Source: Candidatus Eiseniibacteriota bacterium
GTDB lineage: Bacteria; Eisenbacteria; RBG-16-71-46; CAIMUX01
Assembly (NCBI GenBank): GCA_963833505.1
Contig: CAWHYG010000007.1
Span: 1,641-65,640 of the forward strand
Direction of reading: 5' to 3'
DNA: 64,000 bases
Under the pieces are notes generated by a model. The model had not been told where the DNA came from. It was given only the letters and a program-made list of their open reading frames with translations, and did not search any database. The position numbers and the translations under genes were made by a program. How positions within the stretch are numbered: position 1 is the stretch's first letter; each line of letters begins with the position of its first letter. Of the stretch, positions 37,455 through 48,208 are shown in pieces.

Positions 37455-39083
37455 ATGCATATACATCTCGTGTGTCCTCGGTTCCCCGACTCGCTCTGGA
37501 GTTTCCATGGAATCCAGAAACTCGTCGGGGTGGACTCAGCGCAGTCCCCGATCGGCCTCGCGACCATCGCGGCCCTCACTCCACCGGAGATCGAGGTCTC
37601 GCTGCTGGATGAGAACATCGAGGCCGTAGACTTCGGGGTGAAATGCGACGTCGTGGCGATTTCCTGCTTCAACGTGCAATGGGCGCGGGCGCTGGAACTG
37701 GCCGCCGAGTTCCGCCGCCGCGGTCGACTCGTCGTGATCGGCGGGCCGTATCCGACCCTGTGTCCCGAGCGGTTCGAAAACGCCGCCGACGTCATCTTCG
37801 TCGGAGAGGCCGAGTACACCTGGCCGCGGTTCTGCCGGGACCTCCTCGACGGCACCCGGCCTGCCCCGGTGTACACCCAGGAACGGGGACGAGTGAAACT
37901 CACCGACTCGCCGGTCCCGCGTTACGAGCTGCTGGCGAAAGGACGCTATCTCTATTACTACGTCCAGACCACCCGCGGCTGCCCGTTCCAATGCGAGTTC
38001 TGCGACATCATCATCACCGATGGCCGTGTTCCCCGCACCAAGAGCGTGGCTCAGGTGATGAACGAGATCGAGACGATCCACCGGCTCGGGGGGGAGTACA
38101 TCTCCTTCTCCGATGCCAATCTGATCGCGAACCCCCGGTATGCGGAGCAGCTTCTCACGGCCCTGAGAGAATTCGGCGTGCAGAACGGCTACCCGATCCG
38201 CTTTTCCGCCGAGCTGACGCTCAACATCGCCTCCCAGCCGCGGCTTCTCGAGCTTCTGCGGGACTGCAACTTCGAAAGCGTCTTCATCGGCGTCGAGTCG
38301 CCGCGTGCCGCCAGCCTGCTTGAGACGAAGAAGTCGCAGAACCTCCGCGGCCCGCTGCTCGAGAACATTCGCCGGGTGCAGTCGTACAACCTGATCGTGA
38401 TCGCCGGGATGATCGTCGGCTTCGACAGCGACGATACCGGCATCTTCCAGGACACGTTTGATTTCCTGCAGGAGGCCGGGATCCCGTTCACGACGGCCGG
38501 GGTGTTGTTCGCCATCGAGCATACGCCGCTTTACGCGCGGATGGAACGGGAGGGGCGCCTGCGACCGTTTGACGTGACCAGGGCGCAGGTCCACGGCAGC
38601 GCCGATCTGAACTTCATCCCCAAGCAGATGACCTCGGAAGAGCTGCTGCACGGATACCGGTGGATGATCCAGGCCCTCTACCGCTACGATGCGTACGGCG
38701 ATCGTCTGGTCAAGGCCCTCGAGTCGTTCACGGCAGCGCCGGAGATGGCGCAGCGGTCGTGGAAGCGTCTTTCCGGCGGGAATCTGGGCAGGACGGCCCG
38801 CATTCTCTCGTACTTCTTGCTCACCAGGGACCAGGCGCGGAGGAAGTTCTTCGTCAAGACCCTGTGGCGGGTGATGCGGCACGAGCCTTCGGTGCAGAAG
38901 CTGTTCGTGGCGGTCTCGTACATGACCGTGCACAAGCACTTCCACGAGTACGTGCAGGCGACCCATGGGGACGTGGAGTCGACCGGGTTTGTGTCGCCGT
39001 ACGCGGGCCGGACGATGGCGCTGGCGTTGCCGGAGCCGTCCGTTCCCCAGGCGGAAGGCGTCACGGCGAATTCGGCGGTCTGA
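37455..39083 (+). CDS. B12-binding domain-containing radical SAM protein
   Basis: N-terminal cobalamin-binding-like domain, radical SAM motif ...TTRGCPFQCEFCD.... SD AGGAGG 6 nt upstream of the Met at 37455. Confidence 0.85.
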   Translation: MHIHLVCPRFPDSLWSFHGIQKLVGVDSAQSPIGLATIAALTPPEIEVSLLDENIEAVDFGVKCDVVAISCFNVQWARALELAAEFRRRGRLVVIGGPYPTLCPERFENAADVIFVGEAEYTWPRFCRDLLDGTRPAPVYTQERGRVKLTDSPVPRYELLAKGRYLYYYVQTTRGCPFQCEFCDIIITDGRVPRTKSVAQVMNEIETIHRLGGEYISFSDANLIANPRYAEQLLTALREFGVQNGYPIRFSAELTLNIASQPRLLELLRDCNFESVFIGVESPRAASLLETKKSQNLRGPLLENIRRVQSYNLIVIAGMIVGFDSDDTGIFQDTFDFLQEAGIPFTTAGVLFAIEHTPLYARMEREGRLRPFDVTRAQVHGSADLNFIPKQMTSEELLHGYRWMIQALYRYDAYGDRLVKALESFTAAPEMAQRSWKRLSGGNLGRTARILSYFLLTRDQARRKFFVKTLWRVMRHEPSVQKLFVAVSYMTVHKHFHEYVQATHGDVESTGFVSPYAGRTMALALPEPSVPQAEGVTANSAV

Positions 39084-39481
39084 GGAGAGATGCCGGTGGC
39101 CTCGATCTCGGCCACGACGGCGCGGTTGTCTTCGGTCAGCGTGAAGTCGGATCGTTGCGCCTGAGCGCGCTGCACGAACAGCTCGACCCCGTCCCTCTCC
39201 GGTTCCAGGTTGACGAGCTGCTCCGGCAGCAGTATAACTCCGTTGGATCTCACCGAGTTCGCATGCGGGGGCGACCTCAAGTCGACCACATCGGCCCGTA
39301 CGACGTGGTCCGGATCGCAAGATCCAAGTCATTGGGTCATTGTGGACGATGACCGAACAATCGTTCGCACGATTCGGGAAACAACGCCGAAGTCCTGGCG
39401 GGAATCACCGATGAACGCGAGTCGTCGAGACGGCCCGCCGGGACCTGGTCGGTCGGTTCCGGCGGCGAGGAATTCACAGGC

Positions 39482-42016
39482 ATGGCAGAAGATACCGCTT
39501 CGCAAACCACCGGCGGTACTCCGACCGGTGCGCGATCATTACCGGACGGGCAATCGGCCCGGAGGCCGGTCTTCTCGATCGTGGGGATCGGCGCTTCGGC
39601 AGGTGGCCTGGAAGCGCTGAAGGAGTTCTTCGGCGCCCTGCCCCCGGACAGCGGCATGGCCTTCGTGGTCGTTCAGCACCTGGATCCGAGCCACAAGAGC
39701 CACATGGCGGAGATACTGGACAAATGCACGACGATGAACGTCGTGCAGGCCGAGGACGGCATGGCTGTCCAGCCGAACGCGGTCTTCACCAACCCGGCGG
39801 GCAAGACTCTGAGGATCCGCGACGGCCGGTTTGGCCTGGGCGGCACCACACGAGGCCACGTCGAAGGAGCCATCGACCATTTCATGACTTCTTTGGCCGA
39901 CAACCTGGGCCCCAGGGCCATCTTCGTCATCCTCTCAGGCGGCAGCGGATCCGACGGCCTGCGGGGCGTCCGGGCGGTCCGCACCGCCGGCGGGCTTTGT
40001 ATCGCGCAGGAACCGAGCACAGCGCAGTTTCCGTCGATGCCACAGGCCGCGATCGACACCGGGCTGGTGGACTTTGTCCTCCGGCCCGCGGAGATGCCCG
40101 CGGCACTGATGGAGTTCGAGACGCGCCCGCAGGTCCGCGAGGGCATGCCGGAGGAGGACGCGGTCGAAGGGGCCTCGGGCGATCTGGACGCCGTCCTCAG
40201 GCTGCTGCGCGTCCGCACCAAGGGAGATTTCCGGTCCTATAAACGACCGACGATCTTGCGCCGCATCCAGCGAAGGATGGGTGTCCGGCACGTCGAAACC
40301 ATGGGTGACTACGTCAAACTGCTCCAGAAGGACCCGGTCGAGCTCACGCAACTGGCCAAGGACATGCTGATCGGGGTCAGCTCGTTCTTCCGGGATGCCC
40401 CGGCATTGGAGGCGCTGAAGAAAGGGGTCCTCGTGCCCCTGGTGGAAGGCCGGTCGGACGATCAGCCGCTGCGCGTGTGGGTTCCGGGCTGCGCCACCGG
40501 CGAGGAAGCCTATTCCATTGCCATGCTGCTGCTCGAGGCCAGGACAGATGCCGCCAAGACCTTCAGTATTCAAGTCTTCGCGACCGACGTTGATGACCAC
40601 GCTCTGGACGTGGCCCGGGCCGGAGTCTATCCCCCGAGCATTGCCGGTGACGTTCCGGCCTCACGGCTGGAGGCGTTCTTCACCAGGCAGGACCAGACCT
40701 ACCGGGTCGACAAGGATCTTCGCGAGGCGGTGGTCTTCTCCCGGCACAACCTGCTGACCGATCCGCCATTTTCCAAGCTCGATTTGATCAGTTGCTGCAA
40801 CGTCATGATCTACTTCGACGCGGCGGCTCAAAAGAAGGTCCTCACCCTGTTCAGCTTCGGGCTGAAGGTCGGCGGGTGCCTGCTCTTGGGCAGGTCCGAA
40901 GGCATCGCCGGGATGGAGGATCTCTTCGAGCCGGTCGACAAACAGAATCGCCTGTATCGGTTGATGCGGTCCAACCGGCGGGCGGCCGGGGAGTTTCCGC
41001 TTTACCCCGGCGGCAGGCAGCCAGGCGGAATGGAGCGAGAGCGGCCCCAGGTCAATGGGGCCTTGATCCAGGCGAACTTGGAGGTGTTGCTGCGGCACTT
41101 CGACGCCAGCGTCGTGCTGGTTGATCCCGAGGGCAAGATCCTGCATTTTCACGGCCGGACCCAGAAATATCTTAGCCATCCGACCAGCCCGGCCAGCCTG
41201 AACATCCTCGACATGATCGGCGGATCGCTTGCGGCCAGGTTGCGCAAGGCGATGGGAAGGGCCCTCCAGCAGAATGAGCCGGTTCGTCTCTATCGAGTTC
41301 CGTTGCCACAAGATCGCTCCTCGCTGGCCAACCTGACCGTGTCGAGGGTGTCGGACCGCCTCGGCGGCGGAATGCTGCTGGCGATCGTCTTCGAGGACGG
41401 GCGGAGGAGCCCGCCGGTGGGCGGCGAGTCCGTCGCACCCGAAGGCGAGGCTTTGCTGGTGGAGATGGAGGCAGAAATCAAGGTCCTCCGCAGCGAGCTG
41501 CGGTCCAACGCGGAGGGCTTTGACGCGGCCAGCGAGGAACTCAAGGCGGCCAACGAAGAAGTCACGTCCATGAACGAGGAGCTTCAGTCGGCCAACGAGG
41601 AACTGGAGGCATCGAAGGAGGAGTTGCAGTCGCTCAACGAGGAGCTGATCACGGTCAACAACGAGCTTACCGAGAAGGTGGGCGAGTTGACGGAGAGCAA
41701 CGACGACCTCGCCAATCTGCTGGTGGCCACGGAGATCGCCACTGTTTTCCTGGACGGCCGATTGCGGATCAAGCGCTTCACGGCCGGCGCGACTTCGCTC
41801 TTGAACCTGATCGGCACGGATCTTGGTCGCCCGGTCGGCGACATCACCCAGAACTTCACGGGCATCGATCTCGCCGCCGAATCGATGGAAGTTCTGAAAA
41901 GCCTCTCACAACGGGAGATCGAGGTGGAGAGCCGGGCCGGAGAGTAGTACACGGTCCGGATCCTGCCGTATCGCACGCTGGACGATCGGATTGACGGAGT
42001 CGTCATCACCTTTTTT
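39482..42016 (+). pseudogene. CheB-methylesterase/CheR-methyltransferase/PAS hybrid chemotaxis-kinase gene, 5' part (in-frame TAG at 41945-41947, then interrupted by ISL3 elements at 42017)
   Basis: CheB domain (…GASAGGLEALKEFFGALP…), CheR domain (…LRVWVPGCATGEEAYSIAMLL…), coiled coil, PAS. Reading ...ESRAGE*YTVRILPYRTLDDRIDGVVITFF places the stop where the PAS consensus has Trp (RWY..RI.PYRT), which implies TGG changed to TAG. Confidence 0.75.
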
Positions 42017-42046
42017 GGCGCCTCTCGATTTCCCGTGGAATCAAGC

Positions 42047-43315
42047 TCATAGGATGATTTGCGCCCAGGGGTCATGATCGAGAGAGCACCGTTGGTAGAT
42101 CTTCAGTTTGAAGTACTCGGGATCCCGGAACCCATGAGCGCGGCGGCGTATCTGGCCGATAATGCCGTTGATCGACTCGACCAGCCCCATCTTGATTCCG
42201 TGCTCGAACCCACCCATCAACTTGTCCAGGTTGTCGCGGATACGGTAGCCGATCTTTACCAGCGGCCGCAGCCGGCTGTAGATGGCCATGTGGCACCAGG
42301 TGAGAAGTGCATTGCGGAGCGCTCCCAGACGGACCCACGGGTAGTGGAAGATCCCGCGGAGATTCTCCTTCAAGAGGTAAGCCCGCTCCAGCTGGCGGTT
42401 GCGCGTGAGCAATCGCCCGAGGAGACGTTTGGACGAGAGATCAAGGGCCTCCCGCGCCATGAGCAGCATCCACTTCTTCACCTTGAGGGTTCGTCCGAGA
42501 TCATCCTTCGGTGCGGCCCCGAAAGTCTCGCGCCGGATCTCGTCCACCGCCTCGTTCACCCACTTGATGATGTGGAACCGGTCGAGCAAGTGAATGGCGT
42601 GGGGAACGGCGCGATCAATCGCGTTGCGATAGGCCTGGCTCAGATCACTCACCACCCCGATGATCTTCCGCCGGCCTTTCGGCCCGAGCTCCCGGAAGAA
42701 GGCCAGCAGCGTCTCCTCCTTCTTTCCTTCACCGATCCACACCACCTTGCCCGTTTCCAGGTCCGTCACCACCGTGAAGTAGACATGTCCGCCGGTCCGG
42801 GAGACCTCGTCCACTCCGATCCAGCGCAAGCCGTCCAGAGAGGGAGCGGGCCCTCCCAGCGCCAGCTCGATCGACTCCTTGTCCAACCGCGCCACCGTGT
42901 CCCAGGAAAGCCTCGCCATGCGCGCGACCTCCGAGATCGCCAGGCGACGGCAAAGACCGACGATCAACTCGAAGAAGTGCCGGGTCATCCGGTGGCCGGG
43001 AGACTCCCAGGGCATCCGCTCCACCCGGGTCCCACCGCAACAGAACACGCGCCAAGGCGTGTAGACCACCCAGCTCTCGAAGTCGCCCATCGACCGCTCC
43101 CGCCAGCGCCGCTCCTCCGCCTCCTGGAACGCCAACTCGCGATGGCTTTTCCCACACTCCGGACACTGGTGCCCCTCACGCAAATCTCGAATCCGGATAA
43201 GTTTGATCGGTGGCCGCCCGGCCACGGCCGCCTCCTCGGTCTCGACTTCCACCACCGCAAACCCTTGCAGACCCCAGACGTTTCTGAGAACGTCTCTTTG
43301 CTCCTGGCCACCCAT
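42047..43315 (-). CDS. ISL3-family transposase (copy A)
   Basis: Full-length ISL3-family transposase (DDE_Tnp_ISL3). Zinc-finger-like N-terminus (…CPECGKSH…) and core region ...WIGVDEVSRTGGHVYFTVVTDLETGKVVW.... Probable start MGGQEQRD. Confidence 0.8.
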   Translation of the reverse strand: MGGQEQRDVLRNVWGLQGFAVVEVETEEAAVAGRPPIKLIRIRDLREGHQCPECGKSHRELAFQEAEERRWRERSMGDFESWVVYTPWRVFCCGGTRVERMPWESPGHRMTRHFFELIVGLCRRLAISEVARMARLSWDTVARLDKESIELALGGPAPSLDGLRWIGVDEVSRTGGHVYFTVVTDLETGKVVWIGEGKKEETLLAFFRELGPKGRRKIIGVVSDLSQAYRNAIDRAVPHAIHLLDRFHIIKWVNEAVDEIRRETFGAAPKDDLGRTLKVKKWMLLMAREALDLSSKRLLGRLLTRNRQLERAYLLKENLRGIFHYPWVRLGALRNALLTWCHMAIYSRLRPLVKIGYRIRDNLDKLMGGFEHGIKMGLVESINGIIGQIRRRAHGFRDPEYFKLKIYQRCSLDHDPWAQIIL

Positions 43316-43401
43316 CCGTGCCCTCCTTCTTGGACGAAGAAGGCACCATGGAAAACCAGGAGCTTTCTCTTTGGGCTCTTCCGGAAACCGTGTGGCTGAA
43401 T

Positions 43402-44646
43402 TCATTGGGTAAACATGGTGGTGCGTGGGTGTAGATCGAGCCCCCCGCAGTGGAAGTAGATGGCCATGCAGAAGCGTTCGGGGTTGCGGAAGCCTCGCGC
43501 CATGCTCTTGACTCGCTGGATGCTGGCGTTGAGTCCCTCGGCGGCGGCGTTGGTGATGGGATGTTCGAAGTAGGTGACGATGTTGTTGTAGTGGCTCTTG
43601 ATCATGCGGGCGACCTGCTTGATCGGTTGGAGCCGGCTGCGAATGGCCCAGCTATACCAGGCGCGGAAGTGGCGATCGGCGGCACCCTGGTACTGGTAAT
43701 CCCAGAAGCGCATGAACTCCTCCTTGAGGCTCCAGGCTCGGGCCGTCTTCAAGTCGCTCCGTCGAGCCAGGTGGAGGAACTGACGCCACTCACCGAGGGA
43801 GAAGGTGTCGGGGTTGCGGAGCCAGTCGTACTTCGTTCCTTTGAGCCAATCCTTGCCCTCGAGCTGAAGAGCCCGGTTCTCGCGGCGCCGAATCTTGTCG
43901 ACCGCGTCCCCCAGGTGCTTGGCCACATGGAACTTGTCGAAGACGATCTTCGCTTGGCCCCGGGGAAGACTCTCGGTCACCGAACCGATGTAAGGCTCCC
44001 ACATATCCATGGCCACGCCCTGGACGGCCTGCAGTTGTTCCGGCGTCTGGCTGGTCCAGAAGTCATCCAGGCTTTCCCTGCGTCGGTCCTGGCTCACAAA
44101 AAGAACACGAGGCTTCTCCAGGTCGCTGACGACGGTCACGTACTGGTGGCCGCGCCGGAAGGAGGTCTCGTCAATTCCGAGATACGGCACGGGCTCGGCC
44201 TGGCGACGAAGGAGTCCGCGGCGGACCGATCGCTCCTGGATCCCCGCCGCTTCGTCCCAGCTCAGCCGCAGCTGTTTTCGCACGGCAGAGAGCGAGGCCT
44301 GCTTCATCCAGTCAATGGCCAGGGCTTCGAAGAGGGCGGTGAAGCGCGAACTGTCCTCAGCCCAGGGAACCTGGATCTGCTTGACCCCGTGGGTCGGGCA
44401 GTTCAGCCGCGGAACCCGGGCATGGAGGAGGGTCTTGTACTGAAAGGTGTCAAGGTGGCGCCAGATCCGCTCCCGATGATCATGGATGGGCGCTCGCTCC
44501 AGGCACTCCGGGCAGACCCACAGCTCCTTCGCGGGAAGCGCAACCCAGACGTGAACCTCTCCCTCGGCCAGCTTCAGCTCCACCTTCTCGACACCCCAAG
44601 GATCCATCAAGCCGAGCAGCTTGGCATACAGCGTCTTGTCGTCCAT
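43402..44646 (-). CDS. ISL3-family transposase (copy B, ~30% identical to copy A)
   Basis: N-terminal zinc-finger-like CPECLERAP...CPTHG, ...YLGIDETSFRRGHQYVTVVSDLEKPRV..., C-terminal ...VTYFEHPITNAAAEGLNASIQ.... Confidence 0.85.
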   Translation of the reverse strand: MDDKTLYAKLLGLMDPWGVEKVELKLAEGEVHVWVALPAKELWVCPECLERAPIHDHRERIWRHLDTFQYKTLLHARVPRLNCPTHGVKQIQVPWAEDSSRFTALFEALAIDWMKQASLSAVRKQLRLSWDEAAGIQERSVRRGLLRRQAEPVPYLGIDETSFRRGHQYVTVVSDLEKPRVLFVSQDRRRESLDDFWTSQTPEQLQAVQGVAMDMWEPYIGSVTESLPRGQAKIVFDKFHVAKHLGDAVDKIRRRENRALQLEGKDWLKGTKYDWLRNPDTFSLGEWRQFLHLARRSDLKTARAWSLKEEFMRFWDYQYQGAADRHFRAWYSWAIRSRLQPIKQVARMIKSHYNNIVTYFEHPITNAAAEGLNASIQRVKSMARGFRNPERFCMAIYFHCGGLDLHPRTTMFTQ

Positions 44647-44820
44647 GACCGGTCCTCCATCGGGCCCCCGCAGCCCGACGGAACCGTACCACCGGCCGGA
44701 TCACTCAACAAATCCGGCCACCCGAAAGCCGGAAGCGCCTCTCTTTGCAACCCTGCTCTCACCAGCACATTCCGGCCCCAAGCCCTTTCAGCACGGAAAT
44801 TCGAGAGGAGCCCCTTTTTT

Positions 44821-46428
44821 GACGTGAACCGCCTGAAACAGACCGAGGTCAAGCTCCGGTACGAGAAGGCCTATGCCGAAAGCATTGTGGAAACGGTGCG
44901 GCATCCCCTCGTCGTCCTGGACGAGAAACTGCGGGTCACGTCGGCCAACCGGGCCTTCTGCGATATTTCGCAGGTCGAATCGGACCTGGCGACGGGCCGA
45001 CCGCTCTATGAACTGAGCAACGGGCTATGGGATGTCCCGCACCTGAGAGAGCTGCTGGAGGATGTGATTCCCCGTCAATCCGCATTCCAGGACTTTCGGA
45101 TGGACTACGAGTTTCCGCAGATCGGCCGCAAGATCATGCTCTTGAGTGGCCGGCGGATTGAACCGGTCGGCGGCGTGCCGGCGCGTCTCCTTCTGGTGAT
45201 CGAGGATGTCACGCGGCGCGAACGGGATCGCGCGGCGCTCGCGGCGCTCAACCGCGACCTGGAGCAGAGAGTGGCGGACCGCACGGCCCTGGTGATGCAT
45301 CGCTCGCGACAGCTTCGTTCACTGGCGTCTGAACTGGCGCGCGGCGAACAGCGCGAGCGGGAACGCCTCACGCGAATGCTCCACGACGACCTGCAGCAAC
45401 TCCTGGTCGGTGCGAAGATCCAATTGGCCACGATGCGATCGAAAGGGGGAAGTGAGTTCTCGCAGGAAGCGGTCGATCTGATGGAGACTCTGCTCAACCA
45501 GTCCATGGAGGCCACCCGTTCGCTGACCATGGAGTTGAGCCCCGCGGTCCTCTACGAGGGGGGACTGGACGCCGCCATCCAGTGGCTGGCCCGCCAGAAC
45601 CAGACCCGGTACGGGGTGACCGTGCAGACGGACATCAACACCAAAGTGGAAAGAGACGAGGAGGGTGTCGCGATCCTGCTTTTTCAGGCGGTCCGCGAGC
45701 TTCTCCTCAACGTCGTCAAACACGCGCAGGTCCAGTCGGCCCGAGTCCAGTTGGACCGTGACGCCGATGACCAGGTCCACATCGTGGTCAGTGACGAAGG
45801 AGTCGGCTTCGACCCGGCCGGATTCCAGGCCGGCGGGCATTCAGGCACAGGCCTCGGGCTGCTCGGTCTCCGCGAACGGATGGAGCAGATCGGCGGCACG
45901 TGTGACATCGACAGCCGTCCCGGACACGGCACTCGCGTCACGCTGGCGGTCAAGGTGGAGCGACCACCGGCTCGACCTGCGACAGTTGCCGCCCGCCAAC
46001 CGCGGGAGGAGATCGCAGCAGCCGCACTCGGCAGTCCGGGTACGCGGAGCGGGAAGATTCGTTTACTCCTGGCTGATGATTGTGCGACCGTACGTCAGCT
46101 GCTGGCAGGGTTCCTGAGCCAGGAGGCGGACATCGAGGTGGCGGCCGAGGCGGTCGACGGGCGTGAGGCGATCACGCTGGCGCGGAAACTCGGTCCCGAC
46201 GTCATCCTGATGGATTCCAACATGCCGGTGGTCAACGGCTGGGAGGCGACCCTGGAGATCACCTCCGCTCTTCCGGGGATCCGTGTGATTGCGTTGTCCG
46301 CGTTTGAGGACGATGCGGCCGCAAGTGCCATGCTCGATGCCGGCGCAGTCGCTTGCGTGACCAAGGGAGGTCCGTCGGAGCAACTACTGGCCGCGATACG
46401 TTCGGCAGCAGGCCGTTCGGAAGGTTAG
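44821..46428 (+). pseudogene. 3' part of the disrupted chemotaxis-kinase hybrid gene: PAS - histidine kinase (HisKA_3 + HATPase_c) - receiver
   Basis: PAS (…IVETVRHPLVVLDEKLRVTSANRAF…), H-box ...RERLTRMLHDDLQQLLVGAKI..., HATPase (…LLNVVKHAQV…GTGLGLLGLRERME…), REC (…IRLLLADDCATVRQLL…ILMDSNMPVVNG…). The upstream part of the listed ORF (43450-44820) is antisense to the ISL3 and is not real. Confidence 0.75.
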
Positions 46429-46771
46429 CCTCTCCGAAAGAAAGAGCGGGCCGTACCGTCGCCGGAGAAGCTCGTGTTCGACTGCGAACCGGGCCGGACG
46501 TTCAAGCCAGTTGTTTCTGACGCATTGAGGTTAGGGCGTTGAGCGGATCCGACAACCCGCGACTTCACCAGGCGTTGACCTTCCGGGTGGGATGCCGGGA
46601 CGGCATCGCGACGGAATCCGCGGATCGGAAGCGGACTTGATCTCGACAAGTCTCGGTCTTCCGGAAGAAATTGATGCCGGGCCTGAACTCGTCTATGCTT
46701 ATACAGAGTTATTTCAACTTGAATCGACACGGGCAGGCACCGGTGGGGCAGGGGCGAGGAAGGGCATTCCA

Positions 46772-47005
46772 ATGGTAGAGCCGACGATGGAACTGGAAGC
46801 GCTGACGATGACCGACTCCGGGCTGGCCAGAGCGCAGTCGGAAATGGTGACGGCGATTGTCGATGACGTGCAGCGAATTAGACGGCTCCACGGCAATGCC
46901 AGCGTGGCCTCCGTGACCTCGGCGCTCCGGTTGAAGCTTGGACTTCTCGAAACGCTCAACAGTGAACGGCGGTCACGCCGCGCTCTGGCCAGGTCCAGGA
47001 GCTGA
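46772..47005 (+). CDS. Small hypothetical ORF (77 aa)
   Basis: Preceded by a locally AT-richer stretch with TTGATG...(17 nt)...TATGCT promoter-like hexamers (46670-46712). No homology recognised. Confidence 0.25.
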   Translation: MVEPTMELEALTMTDSGLARAQSEMVTAIVDDVQRIRRLHGNASVASVTSALRLKLGLLETLNSERRSRRALARSRS

Positions 47006-48208
47006 CGCGGCCAGGAGCGGTCCCGATTCCGCTCGCTGCGGGATCGCTTCCGCGAGATACTTCATGATGGCCGCGACGATGGGGTCCGCTTCCAATCCCT
47101 CAAAACAGCGCGGTACGCGGCAGGTCTTCTGGAGCTTGTTGAGGCAAGTGATGTTCCGGCAACGCGCACCGGAGATGAAGGTGATGGAGGGGGCGTCCTG
47201 CCAGGCAGGCAAGAAACCCGGTTGGCGGGAATCATAACCCGACATCCGGGCCGGAGTCGCGCCGAAGAGACAGACCACGAACGTCCGATTGCGACCGGGA
47301 GAACGGACGGAAGAAAAGTACTTTCGAGCTGCCGCCCAATGCAGTGGACCTGTGTCTCCCGACACGAATGCGTCCACCAGGTCAGTCAGGGCCGCGAAGG
47401 AGTCTGCCGGCAGCGAGGCGGGCACGATGGTGACCCGGTCCGCCGCCCGTCGCGAAAGGACCGCGAGCAGCCGGTGTCCGACCCCGTGGTCGGTGTGCCC
47501 CTCTCCCAGCAGGACGCGCGTGGGGTCAATGGCGACTCCCTCAAGCAGCCGCGCCAGGAGCCCGAAGGGCGGGCGGGTGAAGGGAGAGCCGGTGTCGGGA
47601 TTGACCAGCACGAGAGGACCCTCTGCATCACCGCGCACAGTCGCAAGAAAGGCCGTAGCCTCGAGGCGCGCCCTCTCGGTCAGCCCCAAACCGACCCCGA
47701 GGAGCGGTCTCCGGCGAACGGGGTGGAAACGCCGGCGGAGAACCCGGTGCAAGAAGACATGGGCCTGATAGAGGAAGTGATTCGGCTTCGAGGGCGCCTG
47801 CTCGTTGCGCAGGAGCTGCGGCGCGTGTCCGGTAAAGTCGAGGACGGGCAGATCGCGCGGAATGGGATTCCCGTGATGAAAGAAGGGACAGGCGTTCACC
47901 ACCAGGTCGAATCCTCCGCCCCGGCAGAGGTCGGCAACGTTTTGTAGATCTGATGCGCTGGGCAGCGGGCTCCCGGTATAAAGGGGCTGCAATCGAGTGA
48001 TCTCAGGGTTGCCCGCGACCAGGCAGACCGCGGATCGGGAAACGGCGTAGTCGATCTCCGCGCTTGGGAAGAAGTCACGCAATGCGGTGACCATGGACTG
48101 GTGCATCACGGCGTCACCCAAATGGACGTCGGCCAGAACGAGGATTCGGCGGATGCACCCCAATTGAGAGAGAGCGTGTTCTTCCCGAGCAAAGTAACGC
48201 CGTTCCAT
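46973..48208 (-). CDS. Glycosyltransferase family 9 (ADP-heptose:LPS heptosyltransferase-like)
   Basis: ...RRILVLADVHLGDAV... N-terminus and ...SGDTGPLHWAAA... motif typical of GT9. Confidence 0.7.
   Translation of the reverse strand: MERRYFAREEHALSQLGCIRRILVLADVHLGDAVMHQSMVTALRDFFPSAEIDYAVSRSAVCLVAGNPEITRLQPLYTGSPLPSASDLQNVADLCRGGGFDLVVNACPFFHHGNPIPRDLPVLDFTGHAPQLLRNEQAPSKPNHFLYQAHVFLHRVLRRRFHPVRRRPLLGVGLGLTERARLEATAFLATVRGDAEGPLVLVNPDTGSPFTRPPFGLLARLLEGVAIDPTRVLLGEGHTDHGVGHRLLAVLSRRAADRVTIVPASLPADSFAALTDLVDAFVSGDTGPLHWAAARKYFSSVRSPGRNRTFVVCLFGATPARMSGYDSRQPGFLPAWQDAPSITFISGARCRNITCLNKLQKTCRVPRCFEGLEADPIVAAIMKYLAEAIPQRAESGPLLAASAPGPGQSAA

Larger units (their letters stand above)
42017..44812 (-). 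mobile_element. Two tandem ISL3-family insertion sequences (~1.38 and ~1.42 kb) bounded by one 8-bp direct repeat CCTTTTTT
   Basis: Outer terminal IRs ggcgcctctcgatttcc (42017-) and ggaaattcgagaggagcc (-44812). Flanking direct repeats at 42009-42016 and 44813-44820. The host ORF rejoins in frame across the pair (…GVVITFF|DVNRLKQTE…). Confidence 0.75.

Noticed and set aside
37536-39332. 598-aa minus-strand ORF and the 202-aa ORF 38684..39289
   Set aside because: Both are antisense to the B12-binding radical SAM gene, which has a strong SD and a canonical CxxxCxxC motif. The short stretch 39085-39289 looks protein-like but would need to overlap the radical SAM gene by ~400 nt.
43450-44820. N-terminal two-thirds of the 992-aa + strand ORF
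   Set aside because: This part runs antisense through ISL3 transposase copy B. Only the portion from 44821 onward (PAS-HK-REC) is real, and it belongs to the disrupted chemotaxis-kinase hybrid gene.
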